DNA of 64,000 nucleotides from Octopus vulgaris (Eukaryota): NCBI GenBank assembly GCA_951406725.2, contig OX597818.1, positions 147,374,001 to 147,438,000 of the forward strand, read 5' to 3'. Shown piece by piece: positions 11,463 to 23,728 of this stretch (position 1 is its first letter; each line of letters starts with the position of its first letter). The notes under the pieces were generated by a model. It saw only the letters and a program-made list of their open reading frames with translations, ran no database searches and was not told where the DNA came from. The position numbers and the translations under genes were made by a program.

Positions 11463-14400
11463 ACTTATTTCATCAACCCCAAAAGTTTGAAAGGCAAAGT
11501 TGACCTCGGTGACATTCGTACTCAGGACAAAAAGACGGACAAAAGGCCGCTAAGCAACGTAATAACGATTCTGGCCAACGTGGTAACGATTCTGGCCAAC
11601 GTAATAACGATTCTGGCCAACGTGGTAACGATTCTGGCCAACGTAATAACGATTCTGGCCAACGTGGTAACGATTCTGGCCAACGTGGTAACGATTCTGG
11701 CCAACGTGGTAACGATTCTGGCCAACGTGGTAACGATTCTGGCCAACGTGGTAACGATTCTGGCCAACGTGATAACGATTCTGGCCAACGTGGTAACGAT
11801 TCTGGCCAACGTGATAATGATTCTGGCCAACGTGGTAACGATTCTGGCCAACGTGATAACGATTCTGGCCAACGTAATAACGATTCTGGCCAACGTGATA
11901 ACGATTCTGGCCAACGTGGTAACGATTCTGGCCAACGTGATAACGATTCTGGCCAACGTGGTAACGATTCTGGCCAACGTAATAACGATTCTGGCCAACG
12001 TGGTAACGATTCTGGCCAACGTGGTAACGATTCTGGCCAACGTGATAACGATTCTGGCCAACGTGGTAACGATTCTGGCCAACGTGATAACGATTCTGGC
12101 CAACGTGGTAACGATTCTGGCCAACGTGGTAACGATTCTGGCAAACGTGGTAACGATTCTGGCCAACGTAATAACGATTCTGGCCAACGTGGTAACGATT
12201 CTGGCCAACGTGGTAACGATTCTGGCCAACGTGGTAACGATTCTGGCCAACGTGATAACGATTCTGGCCAACGTGGTAACGATTCTGGCCAACGTGATAA
12301 TGATTCTGGCCAACGTGGTAACGATTCTGGCCAACGTGATAACGATTCTGGCCAACGTAATAACGATTCTGGCCAACGTGATAAGGATTCTGGCCAACGT
12401 GGTAACGATTCTGGCCAACGTAATAACGATTCTGGCCATCGTGGTAACGATTCTGGCCAACGTGATAACGATTCTGGCCAACGTGGTAACGATTCTGGCC
12501 AACGTAACAACGATTCTGGCCAACGTAATAACGATTCTGGCCAACATGGTAACGATTCTGGCCAACGTAATAACGATTCTGGCCAACGTGGTAACGATTC
12601 TGGCCAACGTAACAACGATTCTGGCCAACGTAATAACGATTCTGGCCAACATGGTAACGATTCTGGCCAACGTAATAACGATTCTGGCCAACGTGGTAAC
12701 GATTCTGGCCAACGTGATAACGATTCTGGCCAACGTGGTAACGATTCTGGCCAACGTGGTAACGATTCTGGTCAACGTGGTAACGATTCTGGCCAACGTG
12801 GTAACGATTCTGGCCAACGTGATAACGATTCTGGCCAACGTGGTAACGATTCTTGTCAACGTGGTAACGATTCTGGCCAACGTGGTAACGATTCTGGCCA
12901 ACATGGTAACGATTCTGGCCAACGTAATAACGATTCTGGCCAACGTAATAACGATTTTGGCCAACGTAATAACGATTCTGGCCAACGTGATAACGATTCT
13001 GGCCAACGTTATAACGATTCTGGCCAACGTGGTAACGATTCTGGCCAACGTAATAACGATTCTGGCCAACGTGGTAACGATTCTGGTCAACGTGGTAACG
13101 ATTCTGGCCAACGTAATAACGATTCTGGCCAACGTGATAACGATTCTGGTAACGATTCTGGCCAACAACGTAATAACTGATTTCTGGCACTGTAACGTGG
13201 CCAACGTGTAACGATTCTGGCCAACGTGGTAACGATTCGTGGTAACGATTCTGGCCAACGTTAACGATTCTGGCCAACGTGGTAACGATTCTGGCCTGAA
13301 CGTGGATAACGATTCTGGCCAACGTGGTAACGATTCTGGCCACGTGTAACGATTCTGGCCAACGTGATAACGATTCTGGCCAACGTGGTAACGATTCTGG
13401 CAAACGTGATAACGATTCTGGCCAACGTGGTAACGATTCTGGCCATTTGGCAACGTAACGATTCTAACGACGATTTCTAACGATTCTGGCCAACGTGATA
13501 ACGATTCTGGCCAACGTGGTAACGATTCTGGCCAACGTAACGATTCTGGCCAACGTGGTAACGATTGGCCAACTAACGATTCTGGCCAACGTGTAACGAT
13601 TCTGTGGATAACGATTCTGGCCAACGTGGTAACGATTCTGGCCAACGTGGTAACGATTCTGGCCAACGTGGTAACGATTCTGGCCAACGTGATAACGATT
13701 CTGGCCAACGTGGTAACGATTCTGGCCAACGTGGTAACGATTCTGGCCAACGTGGTAACGATTCTGGCCAACGTGGTAACGATTCTGGCCAACGTGGTAA
13801 CGATTCTGGCCAACGTGGTAACGATTCTGGCCAACGTAATAACGATTCTGGCCAACGTGGTACGATTCTGGCCAACGTGGTAACGATTCTGGCCAACGTG
13901 GTAACGTGGCAACGTAGATAACGATTCTGGCCAACGTGGTAACGATTCTGGCCAAATAACGATTCTGGCCAACGTAATAACGATTCTGGCCAACGTATAA
14001 CGATTCTGGCCAACGTGATAACGTTAACGATTCTGGCCAACAACGATTCTTATAACGATTCTGGCCAACGTGGTAACGATTCTGGCCAACGTAATAACGA
14101 TTCTGGCCAACGTGGTAACGATTCTGGCCAACGTAATAACGATTCTGGCCAACGTGGTAACGATTCTGGCCAACGTGGTATACGATTCTGGCCAACGTGG
14201 TAACACGATTCTGCCAACGTGTAACGATTCTGGCAACGTAATAACGATTCTGGCCAACGTGATAACGATTCTGGCCAAACGTGGTGATAACGATTCTGGC
14301 CAACGTGTAACGATTCTGGCCAAACGATTCTGCAACACGATCGGCAACGTGATAACGATTCTGGCCAACATGGTAACGATTCTGGTCAACGTAATAACGA

Positions 14401-15805
14401 TTCTGGCCAACGTGGTAACGATTCTGGCCAACGTGATAACGATTCTGGCCAACGTGGTAACGATTCTGGCCAACGTGGTAACGATTCTGGCCAACGTGGT
14501 AACGATTCTGGCCAACGTGGTAACGATTCTGGCCAACGTGATAACGATTCTGGCCAACGTGGTAACGATTCTTGTCAACGTGGTAACGATTCTGGCCAAC
14601 GTGGTAACGATTCTGGCCAACATGGTAACGATTCTGGCCAACGTAATAACGATTCTGGCCAACGTAATAATGATTTTGGCCAACGTAATAACGATTCTGG
14701 CCAACGTGATAACGATTCTGGCCAACGTTATAACGATTCTGGCCAACGTGGTAACGATTCTGGCCAACGTAATAACGATTCTGGCCAACGTGGTAACGAT
14801 TCTGGTCAACGTAATAACGATTCTGGCCAACGTGATAACGATTCTGGCCAACGTGGTATCGATTCTGGCCAACGTGGTAACGATTCTGGCCAACGTAATA
14901 ACGATTCTGGCCAACGTGGTAACGATTCTGGCCAACGTGATAACGATTCTGGCAAACGTGATAACGATTCTGGCCAACGTGGTAACGATTCTGGCCAACG
15001 TGATAACGATTCTGGCCAACGTGATAACGATTCTGGCCAACGTGGTAACGATTCTGGCCAACGTGGTAACGATTCTGGCCAACGTGATAACGATTCTGGC
15101 CAACGTGGTAACGATTCTGGCCAACGTGATAACGATTCTGGCCAACGTGATAACGATTCTGGCCAACGTGGTAACGATTCTGGCCAACGTGGTAACGATT
15201 CTGGCCAACGTGGTAACGATTCTGGCCAACGTGATAACGATTCTGGCCAACGTGATGACGATTCTGGCCAACGTGGTAACGATTCTGGCCAACGTGATAA
15301 CGATTCTGGCCAACGTGGTAACGATTCTGGCCAACGTGGTAACGATTCTGGCCAACGTGGTAACGATTCTGGCCAATGTGGTAACGATTCTGGACAACGT
15401 GGTAACGATTCTGGCCAACGTGGTAACGATTCTGGCCAACGTGATAACGATTCTGGCCAACGTGATAACGATTCTGGCCAACGTAATAACGATTCTGGCC
15501 AACGTGATAACGATTCTGGCCAACGTGGTAACGATTCTGGCCAAAGTTATAACGATTCTGGCCAACGTGGTAACGATTCTGGCCAACGTGGTAACGATTC
15601 CGGCCAACGTGATAATGAATCTTGCCAACGTGTTAACGATTCTGGCCAACGTGATAACGATTCTGGCCAACGTGGTAACGATTCTGGCCAACGTGGTAAC
15701 GATTCTGGCCAACGTAATAACGATTCTGGCCAACGTAATAACGATTCTGGCCAACGTGGTAACGATTCTGGCCAACGTGATAACGATTCTGCCAATTCGC
15801 CACCT
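11463..15805 (-). mobile_element. SINE family 1 copy split by an internally derived minisatellite
   Basis: 11463-11555 matches the SINE body (AAGGCAAAGTTGACCTCGG...GACGGAC...GCCGCTAAGCA). 15781-15805 matches the SINE 5' head (TAACGATTCTGCCAATTCGCCACC). Confidence 0.85.
11555..15790. repeat. 21-bp minisatellite, ~200 copies, consensus CAACGT(G/A)(G/A)TAACGATTCTGGC
   Basis: Directly visible. There are three main variants (GTGGTA, GTGATA, GTAATA) and no unique spacers. Confidence 0.98.
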
Positions 15806-15899
15806 GGAAGCTGAACATGCCACTCCCAGCGTACCAAACCTACAGATACCGAAATGACGGGGGAAGTTGTAAACAACAAATATTGGTTTGCCTTGAAAA

Positions 15900-17100
15900 G
15901 GGCAATTTGAGTTCAATCAGTTTTTTTTATAAGGCATTAGTGAAGGTAATATGGGACTGTGGTCGCAGCTGCAACAACGAATAGGAAGTTGCGCAGGATG
16001 GCTACAGTGACCTACTCCCCTGACCAGTTGGTGATGCTTCCCTTATATATGGGACGTCGTGTGACCGAGGCCAGGCTCTCAAATGTACCTCCTCATAGGG
16101 ACCAAGCAAGAGTAATGGCAATGCTAGAAGAGTACGGGGAGACAATAAGCATGAAAACAAGCGCCCAACAAAACAAAGCAAGAGTGTCAATGGAGTTTCA
16201 GTTGTTTGTTCCGGAAGCAGTCCATACAATCCCAGATTTTTTTTCTGCTTCGGAGAGTACGATAAATGCGGATGGTCATAGAAGGGTTGGAAACTCAGGC
16301 GTCATATTTGTTGCAAAACCTATCACGTAAAAGCTTTCTGTCCCTCTGTGAAAAAGTCGAGAGAGGTACTTCACACTGCACCACTATTCCCAACGCTAAA
16401 TCCGTTACAGATCCAAAGAGGGAAGCAGCGGCAATAACAACAATCACACAAGCAGATAGAAAAATGTCCACCAAAATTTCTGACTCTTCGGATATAGAAT
16501 GGGCCTCTGACGAGACAAAATCACCCGAGTATGTGATCATCGAGCAGTCTCCCGCCAAAAAAAAAGAGAGAGAGAGAAGGTGAAATAACTCCTAAATTCC
16601 AAAAGTTTGTGGGCACCAGGCTGAAGAACTCTGTGCCAAATCTCGAAACCAAAGTTACAAACCAACAGCAAAAAGAAGAAGAAGAAGAAGAAGAAGAAGA
16701 AGAAGAAGGTGAAGAAGAAGAAGAAGAAGAAGAAGAAGAAGAAGAAGAAGAAGAAGAAGAAGAAGAAGAAATAAACCAACTACAACATCAAGAACTGAAA
16801 CAGCATTCTCAATAACAGCGAGAGACAGAACAGGATCAGCAACAGGGGAAGCCTAAACAAAAACAACTAAAACGACAACAACCACATCAACTACAAAAAA
16901 CGGAACTAGTAGAACATTTCTCGGACAAGCCTCTGAAAATTATACGGAAGGAGGACGAGGAATTTCTGGAGTTTGTAGATTGAAATAAAGACAAAATTTT
17001 GACAATGGGCGAGGGTCTTGATACTCTCATCATTGCCAGAATCCCAGAAGAGGGAGTCATTGACACCCCCTGGGAGATTGGAAGAATGGACTAGCCGAAC
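15900..17100 (+). pseudogene. Degenerate L1/Tx1-like ORF1 relic (RRM-like segment plus broken CCHC knuckle), containing (GAA)n
   Basis: RLSNVPP...LEEYGETIS. 16300-16341 reads (R)HIC-CKTYH-VKAFC, a C-x2-C-x4-H-x4-C motif with the first Cys mutated. (GAA)n at ~16674-16770. Confidence 0.5.
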
Positions 17101-17231
17101 TCTTATAAAGAGTAGAGGTCAGTAAGAATCGAAAAGAGCGTTTTGGTAGTCTCGAAGTACGTTGTGTGAACACATTGATTAACCCTCGCTTCGTTAATTT
17201 ATAAAGCCAGCTTGTGACAAGCATATAAAAG

Positions 17232-18710
17232 TGGCGACGAGATATTCGAAGTTTACGTCGGACGTTTAGATTTAGAAACCAAAGAGAAATCATTAACATG
17301 GAGATTCGTTGGCTTGCGTGGTGAAGTTGCAACAACAAAAACAACTGCAATTACAACAACTACAACAGCAGCAATAATAATGCCAACAGTTGCTGGAAGT
17401 AATGTTGAAAAAGTCCGAAAATATTTCAGGTTCGTTCTCGTCTGACAGCGTAGCAAATTCAATCAGAGAATTTATTTATAACCCAGAGGGTACTACTTTT
17501 TCTGCATATTTTAGAAGATATGAAGAAATCTTCAAAGAAAAATGTAAAAATTGGAATGACGAAAAGAAGGTGCAACTACGTTTAAGGAAGTTATCCCTTG
17601 CCAAACACGAAAATTACCGTAACTATATTCTGTCGAAGAAACCAGGTGAGATTTGTTTCGATGAAACAGTTAATTTGTTATCGAGAATTTTCAGCGAAAG
17701 AAGTTCCCTGTTCAATACTCGTTGGCAATGTTTAAATTTAGTTAACAGATGACGATTTCCTTATGCTGGAGTAGTTAACCGAGAGTGTGAAAAAGTAAAT
17801 GAAATAACCCCGAATTTTTCAAATGTCTAATTTTTGTTCAAGGGTTAACGGCAAGAAAAGATCCTGACATACATTCCCGTATACTAAAAAAATTAGAACA
17901 GGCTCAAAAATTAACTATACAGGCAACGGCTGAAGAATGCCATAGGATTATAAATTTAAGGCATGACGCGGATAAAATTGAAGAAAAAGTTTGCTCTCAG
18001 ATACATGCGTATCGACCTGAAACGAATAAGAAAAAAGAAAAACGAACATCAAGACCAAATCCATGCTATGAGTACAGAGGTTTACATTTGAAAAGTAATT
18101 ATCTTTTTAAAAATCGTAAATGTTTTGATTGTGGAAAAACCGGACATAAAACCTCAACTTAGAAAGAATGTATTGCTAAAAAATTCTAAGCGAGGATCAG
18201 AGAAGAAAATTTGTGTCCATAAAAATGAATTGTGTTAATACCAAGTTACAAATGGATACGAGCAGAGATATCACGATAATTAATACAGATACATGGAAAA
18301 AAATAGGGAAACCTAGATTAAAGGAAACTTCGAAAATTGCATGAGGTGTTTCAGGAAAAAAATTGCATTTTATGGGCGAAATGATAAGTGATGTTACATT
18401 TCATAGAAAAACCTTGAAAGCCAAAGTTTTTGTGTTGAAAAATGCAAATTTATTTCAAACAGACTGGATGGAACTATTTAACTTATGAGACTTCTCTGTA
18501 CATATTCTTTTGTAAAAATATGAATAGTTCTATCACCAGTACAAACAAGGCATCGGAAGATTTAAAAAAAGTTTAAAACAAATTTTTCCTGGAGTTTTTT
18601 TTTCTGAGAAATTGGGTTTTTGCACTAAAACAGAGGCGAAGTTTTCAAGAGAAAGAAAACGCTATACCGGTATTTAAACCGAGAATAACGGTACCTTTCG
18701 CAGCGTTTAA
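17232..18710 (+). mobile_element. Gypsy (Mag/K02A2.6-like) LTR retrotransposon internal relic: PBS, gag, protease
   Basis: PBS-like TGGCGACGAG at 17232. Gag ORF 17390-17752 (FIYNPEGTTFSAYFRRYEEIF...FNTRWQCLNL). Decayed knuckle CFDCGKTGH at ~18121. Protease-like LQMDTSRDITII at ~18246. Many stop codons. Confidence 0.78.
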
Positions 18711-18757
18711 CTGTTATATAGACATAACACATTCTCTTTTCTTTTCTCCTCTTATAG

Positions 18758-18898
18758 TTGCTGCCCTCACCTGCTACTATTGCTCCAATCGAGTGGAGAA
18801 GGCCTGTGGCGGCAACTTTCAATCATATTTATTCAAAAGTTCAACGTGCGATTCCACATATTCAAAATGCGCTCTGCAGAAAAACCCACCCCTGAAAG
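18758..18898 (+). CDS. Internal exon of a host Ly6/uPAR three-finger (quiver/sleepless-like) secreted or GPI-anchored protein gene
   Basis: Polypyrimidine tract with TAG acceptor ending at 18757, and AAG|GTAAGT donor at 18899. Length 141 bp, phase 1-1, open reading: AALTCYYCSNRVEKACGGNFQSYLFKSSTCDSTYSKCALQKNPPLK (LxCYxC start, five Cys). Confidence 0.78.
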
Positions 18899-19951
18899 GT
18901 AAGTCAACATACACATGGTTATACACATATATCGTTACACACAAACACACATGAATATGTATACAAACAGGTACGCACATATGACAATACAAGCATACAA
19001 ACCCCCCCCCCCCCATAGTTCTTGCATTTGCACACAGTCACACTTATAAATAGGGTAATAGAGACATATTAAACAAAACAAGCCGGAACTGGATAATGCA
19101 GAACTAGAAACTGTACATGCAAACATTTAAGTGGAAAATTCTCGGGTAAAAGGCTATCCGTATATTTCTTATCTTATATCTAAATAACTTCACCAAAAAA
19201 CAACAACAACAACAACAATAATAATAATAATTATTATAATGCAAGGCACAGAAACATTAATACAACCCAGTAGGAAAACTGAAAAATAAATCTCAAAGAC
19301 TGGAATATCTACAACTTCCTGTGAGTATTTTAAATTTCCCTCGAAATAAGAAACATATATCTATAGTTTTCGAACACAGAAACGATCAGCTTTAAAAATT
19401 TTAACATCCACAACTTCTGCGAATACATATCCTTTTCTTTCTCCCTGACAATTCGAAATTGTAAACATCCTCTTTATTATAAGAACACTACAGTTTTCTC
19501 TTTTCGGACATACAAAAGATCATCGTTAGTAAATTTTAAAACTTTAATGTCTACAATTTTACCCTCCTTTTCTTTCCTTTCCTTCTCCCTTGAGTATTCG
19601 AAAAGGTAGACATCCTTTTTATTGCAAAAACAGTCGTCTCTCATCGGACATATAAAGGAACATCTAAAAAAATTTTTTTAAATTTTAATATCTACAATTT
19701 TGTGTGAACATTTTATCTTTCTTTTTTCCTTGACTAACCGAATATGTAAACATTCCTTTTATTGTAACAACACAATTAAGTGCACGATAAAAAACAAAAC
19801 AATTAAGAAGGTAATCACCTGCCAATATATAGAAACTGCACAATTACAAAAACTGTAAACCACAGTAAAACTTATAAAAAGAAAAGAAAAATTTCAAAGG
19901 AAAAATAATTCAATGAAGTGAACATCAGTATATATACATATATATATATAA

Positions 19952-20311
19952 AATAAAAAAGAGTGAAAAAACTACAGAAGGCTTGTTTTATAAGGTTGAA
20001 GAATATATTTAAGTCGTTATGTTAGAAAAATGTTATAAAATTTTGTGTATAGTAACATAGCTTTTGGAGAAATAACCGGTTTCGTGTAAACTTTTCAAAT
20101 TTCTCAAATTTCTTTACCTACATCGTGTCATGTCTTCGTTGTGTAAACGAAGACATGACACAAAATTTTATAACAAAATTTTCTAACATTTTTCTAACAT
20201 AACGACTTAAATATATTCTTCAACCTTATAAAACAAGCCTTCTGTAGTTTTTTCACTCTTTTCTATTTTTTTATATATCCAACCACGTGCTTTCACACAC
20301 CAACTTTCTCA

Positions 20312-20314
<3 letters not shown>
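19952..20314. mobile_element. Fold-back relic of the Penelope terminal repeat (pLTR), no ORF
   Basis: ~19955-20050 is inverted at ~20155-20262. Homologous to the termini at 36624-36865 and 39360-39560. Confidence 0.82.
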
Positions 20315-20369
<55 letters not shown>

Positions 20370-20769
20370 TATTTTCTATCAATAATTAAAAATAGAACAA
20401 GAAGACTAGGTTCTTTTCAAGACCAAGGTCAACGCTTTCATTTATCCCTATGAGTAGTTAACACATTTGACCTCTGCTAATCCCAAGAGTATGAGACCGC
20501 TTTTGTCTCCTTATCATACTGGAATGCCCATTGCAGATCTTTTCACCGTCTGCCGAATCTATTTACAGACCTGTGGAATTTAATCTATTCACCAAGCTAT
20601 CTATCTTGCTCCTACTATTCCCTGAAACACTCACATATTTATGAGCGTCTCAAGTACAAGACAAAGGTTGAAACTAAACGTCATTCAATAATACCTTTTA
20701 ATAATAATTGGAAATAGTAATAATAATGGTAATAATGGTGATGGTGGCAATAATGTTAATAATAATAAT

Positions 20770-23160
20770 TTAGCGAAAACTCATGTCGGATCAGAGGAAA
20801 TATTAACAATGACAAATAGGAAAAATTCAACATAATAATATCAGTGATGATGATAATAATGAAAGGAAGCGGTTGGAATCTGCCTATGCTCTGATTGATG
20901 ATACATCTAGTGATGGTGTTACAATAAAAACACTGGTGACAATGTTACACCCGGCAGGCTCAGAGATACTATTTCGACTCCAGCCTGTCGTTATCCAACA
21001 GCAGAGGAAACGATGACTATACAGTTCCGAGTGATAAAAATAATCTCATAGCAGAAAACAGGTGAAATCTCTAATAAACCACAGGAAAGGAACAGTGATA
21101 GCTTGCTCGATGAGAGACGTATAGATGGTTTGGAAGAAGACAATAAGACTAATGGTGATATGACAGATGGGCATAAGGTAATCTACGACAAAATAAAGCC
21201 AAGGCCATGGGGGGATGATAGCGACATTATTTTCAACCTTAAAAAGGTCGATCTGTGGAAATTGAACCAAGAGACGAAAGCTGTGACTGAAATTCTGAAA
21301 TACATCAGGACAAAAACATCACAGAAACAAATAAGTTGATCAAGGCAGCAAGTATTGTTGTGGCATAAATTGCGGGTGTTGATGTCAAGAAAAAGAAATA
21401 TAATGAGAGTGACAAAAGAAAAGAGCTATGGTGGAAAAGAAGAATACAGGTGGGGTTTAGATATGCTCTCGAAGAAGGACATTTCTGTGTTAAACCGAAA
21501 AGAAAAGAGAGATCTTAGAAGCGAACAAAAATACAGGGCACTGAACAGGAAGTATAATGTTGAAAGAAAGGGCCTGAAAGTGGTAATGGAGCAACTGAAA
21601 CAGCACCTTGTTTCAAAGAAAGCAAATTTGGTCAGATACGACCAAAGAATGAAAGGTTACCAGCAGAATAGGTTATTCAGAATAACAGGCAGAACTAGTC
21701 ATTTCAGATAGGGAAGTGAAGGAAATCAGCAAAAAATGGGCAACTGGAAGGCCTCGTGATCAGATGGATTTCAAGACTACTGAACCAAAAGATTTGGTGA
21801 ATGTCATGCACGAATAGCTGCACAACTCAACACCTTGTTAATGCCGACCAAGTAACACCAGAGTGATTGAGAATGGGTAGGACAGTGATGTGCATGAAAA
21901 ACACCGAAAAAGGCAATACGGTATACAATTACAGGCTGATATCCTGCTTGCCATTTGTGTGGAAATTATTGACTGGAATACTCGCAGAGTCAATGTACGA
22001 ACATCTGGGGAAAAATGGAGTCCTGCCACATGAGTAGAAGGGTTGCAAGCTTAAGTGCAGAGGTACCAAGGATCAACTCCTGAGTGACAAAACTGTGCCT
22101 AGAGCTTGCAAGGAGGAAAACTAACTTAGCCATGTCATGGATCGATTATCGTAAGGCGTACGATATGATCCTACATCCTTGGATTATGAACCGATTTGGT
22201 ATTGCATCGAATGTTGAGCGATTGCTCGGAAAAAGTATGTCGAAGTGGCGGACGGAACTGACAGCATACGGAAGAAGTTTAGGGACAACAGAAATCAGGA
22301 GAGTCATCTTCTAACGCGACTGCCTGTCACCGCTGACCTTTGTACTGTGCATGACATGACTAACACTGATTCTGAGGAAAGCAAAGGGTGGGTGTGTATT
22401 CAAAAGCCGTCAACAAAATGTCAACCACTTGTTATCCATGGATGATCTCAAACTTTATGGTAAAGATGAATCCCAAGTCAGTTCCCTCGTTGATACAGTG
22501 TATACTCTCAGTGCTGATATCAGAATGGAGTTCGAACTGAAAAAGTATGGCGTGTTAGTCTTGAATAGAGGCAAAATCAAATGTATGGATGGGCTAGCGA
22601 TACCGTCGGGGGAGGTTTTGAAGTAGATAGAAGGGACGGGCTATAAGTACTTGGGGATATTGGAAATGGATAAATTGAAGGAGAAAGAACTGACAGAAAA
22701 ATTTAAGCTTGGAGTACTCGTGTAGACTGAGACTGATCCTTAAGTCGAAATTAAACAGACGGAATAAGATTGAACCTATCAACACCTGAATGACTTCACT
22801 CCTTAGATATTGAGCAGGGGTAATGGCATGGAAAATAGACGAACTAAACAGCTTAGACAGAAAGACAAAGAATATGCGGACTAGATTTGGGATGAACATG
22901 ACATGAACTGAATGAACACACACACCACAAAAATATTGAACTTTTTCCTCAACCTAGTATTACCGCTGGAGGTACCAAAGATCACAATGTTATGGTGAAT
23001 AAAAAAGAAAGAACATGTATGATTATCAACATAGCATTCTCTGGTGACAACAGAATCAATGTGAAAGAAGAAAAAATAAACAACTACGATTTAAAGTGGG
23101 AAATACGAAAGTTGTGGTCAATGAAGAGAGTAGACGTGATACCAGTAGTAATTGGCGCTC
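20770..23160 (+). mobile_element. Older, degenerate R4/Dong-type non-LTR retrotransposon
   Basis: RT pieces (WIDYRKAYD, MDDLKLYGK) and an RLE C-terminus (KWEIRKLWSMKRVDVIPVVIGAL). Many stops and deletions. TAA-rich 5' flank. Confidence 0.82.
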
Positions 23161-23164
23161 TTTC

Positions 23165-23370
23165 TACTAAAGGCACAAGACTTGAAGTTTTGGGGGAGAG
23201 GTTAAGTCAATTACATCAACCTTAGTATGTAACTGGTACTTGTTTCATCGACCCCGAAAGGAAAATAGACAAAGTCGACCCCAGTGAAATTTGAATTCAG
23301 AACGTAAAGACAGACGAAATGCCACTAAACATTTCCTCCACCCCGGTGTGCTAACTATCCTGTCAGCTTG
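23165..23370 (-). mobile_element. SINE family 1 copy
   Basis: AACTGGTACTTGTTTCATCGACCCCGAAAGG...AAAGTCGACC...TTTGAATTCAGAACG. Confidence 0.82.
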
Positions 23371-23661
23371 AATATTGATAGCTGTGACAGGAAACATATT
23401 TGACGCCACATCCTTTGTATTTCAATTTACAGGTCCTTATATTCATTAAGCTTCTCAAATTCCTTAACAGCGATATTCTTTATCATCTATCAATTTAAAA
23501 CTATTTTCTAGCCTGTCTTTAATAATGTCTGGTTGATTTGTCTGGATTGTTCTATCAGTGTTGACCAGAAAATAACACGTTAACAACTTTGAAGCACCAG
23601 GTAGTGACTGCACATAAAACAATATACTGAAGCGTGTTTACATTCGAGATGCTTGTGTGTA

Positions 23662-23728
<67 letters not shown>

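Noticed and set aside
11555-15790. CRISPR array
   Set aside because: The units are head-to-tail with no unique spacers, there are no cas genes, the context is eukaryotic, and the unit derives from a SINE
16609-16815. Poly-Glu protein
   Set aside because: A (GAA)n tract inside a decayed retroelement ORF1, with no gene structure
8537-18710. Solo LTR and Gypsy relic as one element
   Set aside because: The LTR has its own TSD on both sides, and the sequence upstream of the PBS at 17232 does not match it
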